NCBI GenBank assembly: GCA_964234715.1
Contig: OZ174275.1
DNA length: 64,000 bases
Reading direction: 5' to 3' (one strand)
Source of the DNA: Podarcis melisellensis
Lineage: Eukaryota
Every line of letters begins with the position of its first letter. Position 1 is the first letter of the stretch. A program made the translations under genes and the position numbers. Below are positions 53,236 to 64,000 of this stretch, in pieces. The notes beneath the pieces are model-generated. The model was given only the letters and a program-made list of their open reading frames with translations. It was not told where the DNA came from and ran no database searches.

Positions 53236-53610
53236 GGTGTAACATTAATGAGACTTCCTGGGGCTGGGTGAACTCTTTGGGAAGTGTGTTTATTTTCTGC
53301 TTGTTTGGACTGACTTCACTTGGCTATCCCTTTGGACCATCCCATGCTTCCCATTAGCTGCTCTAGCCACTGTTGTTTTCATTGTGTATTTCTCCAGCAC
53401 TGGGACTTCTGCACAAGCATAAAAAGGGCCATAAGTATTAGAAGGCACTCTACTCTCTTGAGATAGATGGTGAATAATTGGGATGGGGACAGAGCAGGGA
53501 TATCAGTTCCTAGAACTGCCGAGCAAGAAGGAATCTCTTTAATCCTCTGCCATCTGAAACCTGCTGGTGCAGGGGGTGAGTTCTTTAATTTCCCACTATG
53601 CCAGATCCAG
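53236..53610 (+). repeat. Diverged direct repeat, copy 1
   Basis: Aligns co-linearly, with indels, to 55938-56343. Confidence 0.9.
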
Positions 53611-53989
53611 GGTGGCAAAGCAGAGGACCCCGAGAATCAGCTCTTTAGGGGGATTTGGAGGACTGTGGATCAACCAGATCCAAATCCACTGGCACCCCTC
53701 TCCTGAAATACCTTGTATGGGGGATTTTTGATTACTATTCCTGGTGGGAGAATCATGAGTAGTGGTTTTCAGTCTGTGTGGGCGAAACTGGAGTCTCTGC
53801 TGTGGTGGAGCCCTCCATTCACCCACAGCAAATGATGGCACTCTTCTGCACTGATGGGGGCTATTTGGGGATGCAGTTACACACAGTCCTCTTCCTCCCA
53901 GCCATTAACAGCAGGGAGCAGGTTGGGTCTGCACTTTAAGCATTTTCACTATCATTTAAATGCATCTGTTAAAATGTAATCATGGGCAT

Positions 53990-54015
53990 GTATAACAGTG
54001 CAGTATAACAGTGCA
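53990..54015. repeat. 13-bp tandem duplication (GTATAACAGTGCA x2)
   Basis: Directly visible. Confidence 0.85.
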
Positions 54016-55493
54016 GAATCAGCATACTGAAACATTATTTGGTTTAATGAGACTATAAGCCCTTTCCGCATGTCCTCCTCCACCTCCTCCTTTATAAAAC
54101 TCCGGTGCATATAATGGAAGATAATAATTTCTAGTCCTTACAGAACTGTAGAAGAAAAAGAGTGAATAATTCCAACTGCTTGCACTGATGAAGGCTCTGA
54201 AGTCAAAGAGCTAAACATTGCAACTTCTTGCCCCCACCCCCTTGTGGTTCTAAGTCTCTCTCTTTGCTCCTGCCCCTCTTGGCCTTAGACATCCTTCTCA
54301 CTTTCTTTGCTACCTCTCCCCCAAGACATTGGCAATTTATTGTGCATAAATCCAAGGCCTGTGTTCAGATCAAACAGTAGCTTCAGTGAGGGACATATCC
54401 ATGTTTGCAGACATTGCTCAGTGTTGCATAAAGCCTGAATTGCACCTTATTAAAATGAAAAGCGGTTCCCCCTTATGCTATCCTCAGCATCTGCAGAAAA
54501 CAAGTGATCTCTGTTCTCTTTCACATAGTAGAAAACAATTACCTTATCTTACTTCTATATTCTTTACTTGAGCCTAAGCCTAATCAATTCCATCCTAGTT
54601 CCTGCTCAAAGCTGGAAAATATGAACTCTAAGACTGCTTTATTTTTTGGTCCCCTTGGTTCTTTTCCCACCAGGTGTAAACCATGCAACTGGCTGCTGTC
54701 TTCTACATGGGGGTGGCCTGGCATTTAAAGATGTTTGAGACAGGCCAGTGGTATTTGCCTCTGGAGACAGACCTCCTTTCCCAGGCCTGCTGGTTCTTGC
54801 AATATCTTAGTTGAGATCTAATAACAGCAAATTACTTTTGGTCTGAGGTTGAAGTGAGTTTTGCAGGCAGCGCTGTGCTTACATACTGCCAAGTGTAACT
54901 AAGCAGATGCCAATAACTAAGTAGTATCGGAGCCCGTAATGCCTCTCTGCCCACCCAGATGCACTCTGGGAAATCATACATAGATATCTATATCTGCAAA
55001 TAAGCTGTTTGTTTGCTAAATGTATGCATTTCCCTTTCAACATACAGTGTTTGTGCCTTCCAGCTCTTTTGCTGCTTCACACTCTAATCTCTATGTGTAT
55101 CCATAGGTTCTGTTTTTCTCTTGCTGGGAGTGTAAATGGATTCTCTCCCACTGTAGAGATGGCTTTCTCCCATCCTTTCTCTAAGGATGGCAATACATGG
55201 GGCTTTTCCCTATTTTACCACACAAAAACCCTTCAGGGAGGGTTAGGTTAAGAAATGGTGATTGGCTCAATATCACCTAGAGAGGTTCGTGGCTAGTTGT
55301 GGAGGTGAGCATGGGTCCCTCCAGATCAAGACCTACACTTTGGTCTAGTCAGTGCACCACACTGGCTCTTTTCAGCTCTCCAGTTGTGTACTTCAAACAC
55401 ACAAATAGCCAGGACTCACCACATGGAGACTTGTGGAAATGTTGCTGTGTGGCAGCATCACACTCCTTTTGGCAGCTGACACTGGCAAGGAAA

Positions 55494-55840
55494 CAGGGAC
55501 GCGGACTTATAAAAAATATTGGGGGGGCCCGGGAAAGCTCATGAATAATAAATAAGCTCATGAATATGCAAATAAAGTGGCGCCGCCTCCTCGTGAGCGA
55601 ATAGGGGAGAGCGTGCTGCGCCTATTAATCAGCTCCAAAGGAAATTGGGTGGAGCTTTTGCTCGGGAGGGAGGGCAGGAGGCATGCAGCCCGCCCCTCCC
55701 TGTGCATTTTGGGCTGGGGGAGGGGCGGCGATGGCGCTCTGCTGGAGGGGCGCCGGAGATTATTGGGGGGGCGGAGCCCCCCCAAACGAATTTTTGAGGG
55801 GGCTCGGGCCCCCTCAAGCCCCATGGAGTTGGCGCCTATG
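55494..55840. mobile_element. Young GC/CpG-rich non-autonomous hAT element
   Basis: Perfect 8-bp TSD CAAGGAAA at 55486-55493 and 55841-55848. Imperfect TIRs CAGGGACGCGGACT / CATAGGCGCCAACT. Many retained CpGs. Confidence 0.85.
55557..55573 (+). promoter_or_regulatory. Heptamer-octamer (POU/Oct) motif CTCATGAATATGCAAAT inside the hAT element
   Basis: Exact motif present; activity unknown. Confidence 0.5.
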
Positions 55841-55937
55841 CAAGGAAACTCTCATGGTTTGGGCAATCCATGTGGTGCGTGACCCTTGCATTTTTCAGCC
55901 ATTACCTGGCACCTTCATTTTCAACAAAAGCTGTCTC

Positions 55938-56343
55938 GGTGTAACATTTCTAATTGTGGAAGACACACTGAGACTTCTTGGTACTGGATGAACTCTTTGG
56001 GAAGTGTTTTTTATTATTTCCTGCTTGTTTGGATACACTTCACTTGGCTATCCCTGGGTCATCCCATTCTTCCCGTTAGCTGCTCCAGACACTCTTGTCT
56101 GCATTGTGCCTCTCCAGTGTGTTGTTGAATAATTTTGTTGACCTGTCAATACTGGGACTTCTGCATAAGCATAAAAAAGGCTATAGGTATACCTCTCTTG
56201 AGGCAGATGTGGTAAATAATTGGGATGGGGACAGAGCAGGGATATCAGTTCCTAGAGCTGCCGAGTAAGAAGGAATCCTCTGCCATCTCAAACTTGCTGG
56301 GGTAGTAGATGAGTTCTTTAATTTTCCACTATGCCAGGTCCAG
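55938..56343 (+). repeat. Diverged direct repeat, copy 2
   Basis: Shares a 42-bp identical block with copy 1 (53473-53514 = 56215-56256). Confidence 0.9.
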
Positions 56344-57360
56344 ACTGTGTTGCAGAAGTGGGGGTTATTGGGGCTTCAAGGTGCCTAGCATGTGAAGCCT
56401 CTCGCATGACACAGTGTTTGTGAACACTTTTGAACATGTGCATCAGGCCTGGTGCCATGGAGGGGAACTATATTAATATGATCAGGGATGTGTACATGCA
56501 TTCCATTAGCCTGGCCCTGTCTGGGAGTGCACTGTTTGTTTGTTTTTGCACACCCAGGGTGAGAACCAGATGGCTAACAGGCACGCTGGTTGGCACTACT
56601 GAGACTGCTTGGCAAGGCTGTGCTGAGTCATTGGACGGCGTTTGGGTGGATTGACCATGACTCCCTGCCTGGGTTTCCATTAGGCTGTATAGATCCAAGA
56701 AATCGTCCCAGGCTAGAAAGGGAGGAGGAGACCATGGGCGTACACTGCCGCTGAGCTGTTGGGTCTGGCATCATCAGAAAGTTGGCTACAAGCTCCTGCT
56801 TTCTTGGATGGGGTTCTTGGCAACATTTCTGTTTGTTGCAAAAGCAGCACTTCCTGGTGGAATTTTATTTTTTAAATCGTAGCATGGACATGCTTGGTTG
56901 TTACATATGTTTTGTGAATGCCAGCACCAAGGAGTTCCAGGAACAAAGTTGGGAGTCCAGTGTGCTGATAGCTGTTGGTTCAAACATTTGAAAGCAGATC
57001 ACAGCTCACTCACTGAAGGACTCCCAGCATTACGAAAGTGCTGGAGGATATAAAGGACAATTGGAGGAAGCACAATATTATTCTTCTGATTTATGCAGTG
57101 CTATCAGTGTACATGGTTTGGTGCATCATGAACACAAAAGACAGGTCTCTGCCCCAAGAAGCTTTCAATGGAGAAGAAAGCAGAGGGAAGGAAGGAGAGA
57201 AAGCCAAGGGTAACAAGTTATGGCTTGGTGACAGCAAAGGAAGGGCTTAAGCAATGGTGTGAAGGAGAAGTGTGCTGTAGGCAATGTGACTAATTTGCAT
57301 TATACTTGGGATTATTGACAAGCACTCACTGGGGGTCAGGGTGCCAGTCCCTGGAAAATT

Positions 57361-57790
57361 CCATGAGGGTAGCCATGTCTGGAGTAATGTTAGGGCCAGC
57401 TGATTTATTGTTATGTGAATTTCCATTGGCAGCTACATACTTGTTTATCAGATGCATTTAGTGGGGTGGGAATGTGGCAGGTAGGTGTATGCAACACATG
57501 GCTGGAGGCGTTTGTAGATCAGCTCCGTAACATGGGAACTCAAGATGTCTGGAAAAAGCACCCTGGTGGAGGCTGCTCAAGGTGAATGCAGTAGATTAGC
57601 TTAACATTTGTTGAAACAATGTAGCATGAATGCTAAACATGAATGCGCTAAAACAGCCAGCTGGGAAGCAGCTATTTTTGTTCAAGCCTAAGGCCAGAGA
57701 CAGGAGACTCTTGTTCATCTGAAAAGTAACAGATAAAACCTAGTGGAAGGGTAAATGACAGGTCAAAGGCATCAAACTTTGCACTGGCCT
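57361..57790 (-). mobile_element. Degenerate Penelope-like fragment
   Basis: 'gagggtagccatgt..gatttattg..atcagatgcat' resembles the terminus at 29374. Confidence 0.45.
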
Positions 57791-60700
57791 TTTCCTCACC
57801 GCTGTGGCCAAATCTAGTCTGGGATTTGGCTCTGAGTGTGTGTGACAGGTAAAACCTGTCTTTGCTGCAGACATAAGTAGGATTCCCTCAGGCTGTGTGC
57901 TGGCCTGGAATAAGTGGATGAAGTCAATTTGGGCTTCCCACCCTCATCCTGAGGAAGACCTTGGTTACTGGGGGTCAATGCCTCAGCTTGGAAAATAGGA
58001 TGAAGGCCAGGAAGTGAAACCCATAAGGTAAGGCAGGTGTTTGTAGATTAGACCCCCCACCACCCTCAGATGTCAGCTGGGAGCTGCTGCCAGGGGAAAA
58101 AAAAATCAAAGCTGGTAAATCATTTATCTAGATAGGCAGACATAGCAAACTCTAGATGAGTTTAGCTGGGAGAGTTGGCGCAAAGGGAATTTGATTAGCA
58201 TACTAAGCAGGCAGAAATCTACAGGTGACTTTGTCTTCTCTCTCACATTTTCTTCAAAAAGTAAAAACTCATGGGTGCACATGTGCATTTTGGAATTAGT
58301 TTGCCAGGTAGAGAGCTTCCCATAACCCCCACCTTGTAGCTGCTTTTTAGAGCATTACCTGCTTTCTTATCATGTGTACCAGTTAGTATTCACAGCTAGC
58401 TGACTGTTAAAAAATAACCTTTTGGGTGAGAGGGACATTAACTGCTTTGCTAGCATATGTTGAGATTTGAAATTCTGGAAAAAGGTGCAATTTGGATTTA
58501 GCTTTCTATTGACCTCTGGAAAACACACAGTCTTCTGATCTGTTGAAATATAAGTGTGTACATACCATAGTTCTTAGCAGCCTTTCAAAAAAAGTCTATA
58601 AAAGTAATGAGTGTATCAAAATATTTACTAGACCACTTGTCCACATGTACTGTACCCATATTAGTAACTGTACTTTGTTAAGGCTTGCTGGGAATTATAA
58701 CTTGGTGGGGGGTACACTATAGTGCCCAGAATTCTTTGGGTGAAAGAATATAGTGTTCATGTAGCTAGGTTTACTTGAAGGGAACAACTACAGTTGCTGT
58801 TAAAAGTTGATGTCACTGTGTCTGCCTGGGAAATCACTTGAAGGGGCAGGAAATGAATGTAGGAGAGAAGCTGTTCTCTCCCCCACCCCCGCCCTCCCTA
58901 TGTAAATATTTATGTGAACTGCCCCAGGTTTTATGGCTAGGTCAGCTTTTAAGCCTAAATATGTGTATAAATGTCAGTAAGTCCATTTGGATTTTGCATA
59001 AATAAGCATATGTGTGCAAAGGCAGGCAAGTGTGCTCCCATGCAAGTCATGCTCAGACCCCCTTGTTCCTAAATGTGAAGGAAAAGGCAGATCCACATGA
59101 AAAATCTGAAGCTCATTTAAAGCACACGACTTCCCCAGAGCATCCTGGGAACTGTAGTTAGTTCAGGGTACTGGGAATTGTAGTTATTGTGTGTGTGTGG
59201 GGGGGGAGAACTGCAGCTGCCAGGATTCTTTTGGAGTGCCATGTGCGTAAACATAGGATTATGTGGGGCAGGGTTTTGTGGAGGAGTGGATTCAGGCAAA
59301 AAGTCAGGGCGGAACAGCAGGTTTGGGGTCAGGAGATCTTCTGCCGACTTCGAAGCTGGTGGTTTCCAGCCAATTTTCAGCGTCACCCTCTATGAGTCCC
59401 AAAGAGGAGTTTTGTAAACTTTGCCTTTTTAGGCTTGGGAGCCAACAGCAGCAAACAGAAAGGCCCAGCTGCAAATGAAAATCCTCTCCTTGTGCAAACA
59501 ACAGTAAGTAGGAAGCTGCCACTTGCCGTGTCTCGCTCAAAAGGGCACAACAATGAAGGTTTTTAGGAAGTATTCAAGAGGTTTGTTATCCTGGCCCCCA
59601 TTCTACAAGCGCCAAACAGGCAAAAGCCCTGGCAGCTGTTGGTCAGGATTTATAGCTCTTGGTTTGTTTTTAGAGGCTGGAGAAGGAGGGGTGGTTCTGA
59701 CAATAGCGGCACCTCCTGACGCAGGTGAGGTTGCTTCCAGGTCACCTGTTTATTATTGAGCATTCAACCTGATTTGTTTGCAGGGTGATTAGACGAAGTT
59801 AGCTATTTATTGAATATTCATTCTAATTTGTTTATAGGGAGGTCAAGTGATGCTGCATCAAACAAATGCATTTTATTGTCACCTTCCAATTTTGCAAAGT
59901 GTCCAATCTTTTAGAGAAGTGTCAGAGTTTCAGCTATAAGTGCATAGCCTGAATTTGCCAGTATGTGTTTGAACCCTACCTGAATATATAGTGACAGTTT
60001 GGAAGTGCCCTCCTATATTTTTTCCTACATGAGCAAGTAATTTTGAGGAAGGGTTTTTCCCCATTGGTAATGCAGGCTATGTACACATTAGCCACCTTCC
60101 ACTGTGTTTCAAGTTGCAATTGCACACTGTTGTACACACCAGAGGTTCATTCAATGCACATTACTTGTTTGGTATTGGTATTATATATATATTTATACCC
60201 CACCTTTTCCCCTCAAGACTCAAAGCTTTCTCTGCCCCTGCAAACCCCCAAACTCCTGTCCATGAAGCTGTCACCTGTACATGTTCTGTCATCCATGTAT
60301 GCACAATGGCTGTCTAAAATGTAGACACCTCAGCTTAACTGTGCAGTGAATGTGGCTCAAGTTTTCGTGTGTGTGTGTGCGCGCGTGTGTGTGCCATGGA
60401 CTTGAACCAAATCCCTTCTCCTATTTTTTTTTGGTAAACATTCGAAAGGATGGGAGAACAAATCACAGATCTTCATAATCTCATCTGAATCAACAGAGTC
60501 CTGGCCGTGGTGATGAGGGAAAAGTAGATCTGAATGAAGAGTTCTGCTGCATTGTGGGCAGAATTGTCAGCCAGGCAGAATTTCTCATCCTGGTAATAAA
60601 GATGTGAGCCAGAAAGACCCTTTGCTTAACCTTAGATCCAGGAGGGCGGACTAGTAAGTGAGGCTGCCCTGGCAGATTAGTAAGAATAAAAATGCAAGAA

Positions 60701-61184
60701 GGGAAGGAAAAAATGGAGACATTTTTGCTTTTCCTTGTAATCTCTTCAAATCTGATCTGGAACAAACACCAGGCTATAAATATGCAACTTCCTGATGCCA
60801 TTTGTAATGGTATTTCTTAAGTTCAGATTACAGTGTTTCAAGCCCTACTGATATTTTATCAGTCATCCTGGCTTTTAAATAAATAAAGCCGCAGCTGACC
60901 AGAAGGGAGTTGAGATTCCATAGCAGGACAAGTTAGAGCCAGATAGGAACTGAATACTTGGGAAAGAAGGTGGGAGAGATCAGATAGAAGTATGATCAAG
61001 TATGATCGCAGATGCCAGTGGCATCATTGAGCTTGCTTGTATTTCTTAAATAAGGCATAAGGAATGCAGTGGATTTACAGTTCCACAATACAATGCAATC
61101 AGCTATAACTCTTAGCTGATTGCATTATTGACCTGCAGCTGGTGGGTCATGGAAATAATGAAGAGAGTCCAGGTCATAGGTGCT

Positions 61185-61185
61185 T

Positions 61186-61231
<46 letters not shown>

Positions 61232-61232
61232 G
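61185..61232. repeat. Compound (TG)n(AG)n microsatellite
   Basis: Directly visible. Confidence 0.95.
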
Positions 61233-64000
61233 CGCGTTCTAGATGAGTTAATGGATTTGGCAGTTGCATCTACCTGGCATTGATCTACCTCTCACAAATT
61301 TGCCTTGCTTGTTCTTCCTTTTTTCATTGGGTATTTCTTGTTGAAATATATGGTCAAAAATCGGGTGCAATAAAAAACCAAAGAAAGGGGATGGAAATGG
61401 ATTGGGGTGGGAAGTAGTAAGCCCTGGAGGTCAAGGTTTAGACGCCAAGGTGAGGAACAAGAGAGCTGTTCCAGGAACAGAACATCCCACTCCTTTGTCA
61501 CCAGAAGCCCATTCCATGGCTCATTTTGATTTCATAGCCTTTGCATAGTTTCAGACTTTCTTGCAACATTATAAAAGCTAGAAAATTCCCTTTTTTGGGG
61601 AAAAAATGTAGATGGGAAGATTCCTAGGGAGTAGGATTCTGGTTTGGAATGCATGTTCTGTGCTTCATAGCACCTATGGAAGCAAGAGGAATACGCACAA
61701 TCCAGCCTTTTACTAATACTTCTTGCTCCCTGAAGGCATTCATCTCCACATTAAAGTCGTCACTTCAGAGTCTCTCAGTAAAGCTTACTTTCTTGTAGTA
61801 GCTGAAGGGTCCCTTGTACCAAGGATCCCTTTCATGGAGGGCGCTGGTTAAGGCCTCTTGAACCTCACATCGCCATGGATAAGAAATGGTAGGCAAATAG
61901 CCTTTGTTCACATTGAAAGCGTGCAACTTCCCCTCAAGAATCTTGGGAACTGTAGTTTGTTAAGAGTCCTGGGAATTGTATCTCTGCCAAAGGGAAACTA
62001 CAGTCCCATAGACTCTTTGTGGGAAGTGCATTAAAGTGTATGGTGTGGACGTGACCTTTCTCAGGGAAGCACAGTTACCATGGTTGATCCGATAATCTTC
62101 CAAGGACCCTCAGGCTTCCTGGGACCTCAGTCAGAATTCTTTGAAATCCACATGGCTCCATCAATCTTTGCAACTCTGGTTGCTTCCCCTCTGGAGCCCT
62201 TTGTTGCTGCAGAGGCAAGGCCTTTCCAGAATTAGCTGGAAGTGCAATTAAAAACAGTGCTTCCATGGAGTGCTTAATTAATTCAGTACTAATTTAACTA
62301 GCCATTCCCCTCTCCATGTATACGATCCTCCTGTAATATCTACTCACAAGTAAGCTCCAGTCAGTAAAGGTTCTTTCCAATGACAATTGAAAGATTCCTG
62401 TTTGCAGGTTCAGCTGTTTTATTGCTACCCTGGTCATTGTGGCATGGGGTCTAGTGCTGAATTGCCCCCTTTTGTCACCTGTCTTCTAGATTTGTATACA
62501 TTCCCTTGATTTGTATACAACTCTTCTTCTTCTTCAAAATAAATAAATAAATAAAAATAAAAAATTGCCGCAGACCTCCCCCCCCCCCCACTGGCATGTA
62601 ATGATTTAATAATGGCATTGTATGAATTCCTCATTTTTAAAAAGTGATTGAACAAAAGATGGAAACCAGAGAAAGGGCAAATGTGGAAGCAATGTCTGGC
62701 CTTTTCTTAATAGTGATTGTGGCTGAAATGAAAAATAGTTTCTTTTTTTCTGTTGGTTTTCAGGTAAAGTCGTTTGTTCTCAATTAGAATAAAATGTTAG
62801 GGCTTGCATTCCACTGCCAAAATTCTTGATAAGTTCTGTCTCTAGGCTAATAATAATTTTTTGTGGTTACTCCTTATCTCTTTTTTAAAACACACAAGAA
62901 TCAGGTCATCCCTTCTTCTGTATTTGCTGGGCACCACATTGTGGGCTTATCACAGTGTGCAGAAAACTAATGATCTTGTACTGCAGCTGGGGAGTCTCAT
63001 GGTCCTGTGATGGTCCTGAGATTTCGATCTGCTGTTGCATGCTCCAGTTGCCTACACACACTATTTTTTATCTTTCATTTGAGCATGCAGATAGTTCAAC
63101 CTTGTGACTATGACTAATATTGCTGGCTGAAAACACAGCTAGGTTGTTCTGGTTGGTGAGAAAATGCATCAAAATGCATGTTTTCATAAGAAATGACAGG
63201 ATAGATAAGGATTACAATATGGATTGCAACTAAGGTTGTGCGTATACTGCTTCCCAAACCAGAAGTGGGAGCGCACTGCATATGCAGAGTAAATGGGAGT
63301 GTGTACACAGCCTAGATGTGCTGTGTTAACTCTGATCAGCATGGCTTCTCTCCCACAGGTGCAAAGAGCTTGTGTTTAAATGCAAAGACCAGAAGCTCTG
63401 TAACCAAAGAAGCAAAGGTTTCTGTAGCCAAACTGCTGCTCACATTGCATTAAACATCATCCTCCATGTCTCCCCACTAAGGTCTAAGTTCAGATGAGCC
63501 CACTCACTTTCCTTCAGCAGAAACGTATTCCCCACCAGCACGTAGGAACCTAACCTGGAAAGAATCCAGCTTCCAGAGGTCACAATCAGGTCAAGTTGAA
63601 TCTAAATATGTTTGAGTACTGTATGGCTACCACCAAAATAAAGCTGCTGAGCATGTCTGGCAAGGGCAGACCCAGGTTTTCGGCAGATGCTCTCTGTGTG
63701 GGCGAGTGTCCTCAGGCAACTTTAAGTTAATAAAGCATTCAGTAGACAGTGCTTAATCTCTTGGTCTGAAGCATGGGAGAGTGCTGCTGTGTTCATATTT
63801 TGCTTATGGGCTTCCTGGCAGCATCTTGGTGAAAACACTGGACTTTGGTTCAATCCAGCAGAGGTGGTCTTATGTTCTTAACGTACAAAGCAGGCAAAAT
63901 TGCCTTTCTGCTTGGACCAACTTAGGTTGTTGGAGCCGCATGCAAGCTTCCAGATGTTCTCCGAACTCTTCAGTGGGCAGAATGCAATTGGATAAACATT

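Larger units (their letters stand above)
1..64000 (+). other. TNS1: Window lies within the 5' introns of tensin-1
   Basis: Two tensin-type exons on + (15355-15392 and 49802-49828). I did not find the preceding C1 exon or the following 'A(A/V)TPC..NYEL' exon, which fits very large introns. Continuity across the N gap is assumed. Confidence 0.75.

Noticed and set aside
55494-55840. CpG-island promoter of a separate gene
   Set aside because: The GC-rich segment is bounded exactly by an 8-bp TSD and TIRs, so it is a transposon.
53236-56343. Full LTR retrotransposon with paired LTRs
   Set aside because: No TSD, primer-binding site, polypurine tract or gag/pol remnants are visible between the repeats.
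63340-63400. Next TNS1 exon after the acceptor-like tctctcccacag
   Set aside because: The phase-0 reading is VQRACV*, not the expected A(A/V)TPC..NYEL.
1-64000. CRISPR array, operon or prokaryotic defence system
   Set aside because: This is vertebrate intronic DNA. The tandem repeats are microsatellites or two- to three-copy duplications without spacers, and there is no gene-dense region.

Overview
Vertebrate (squamate reptile) genomic DNA. The repeat content (Sauria SINE, BovB, CR1, L2, Penelope, a tRNA-Lys/CR1 SINE) suggests a lacertid lizard; this is an inference. The window appears to be almost entirely intronic sequence from the 5' part of tensin-1 (TNS1) on the + strand. Two short coding exons are recognisable: a 38-nt C1-domain exon (15355-15392, xCKLSCHKKCEAK) and an alternative first coding exon (49802-49828, MDFGSVMNQ), which matches the N-terminus of chicken tensin as I recall it. 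The rest is transposon-rich. It includes a Chapaev3 (CMC) DNA transposon with both termini and a TTA target-site duplication (TSD), interrupted by an L1 3' end; a solo LTR with a BovB LINE inserted at its TATA box; several hAT and Tc1/mariner MITEs with TSDs (one carries an IgH-type heptamer-octamer motif); SINEs; a ~0.4-kb local duplication; and a 200-N assembly gap. Most ORFs in the supplied track look like chance ORFs. I found no evidence of a new multi-gene system. All family assignments come from remembered consensus sequences and motifs, not from database searches.
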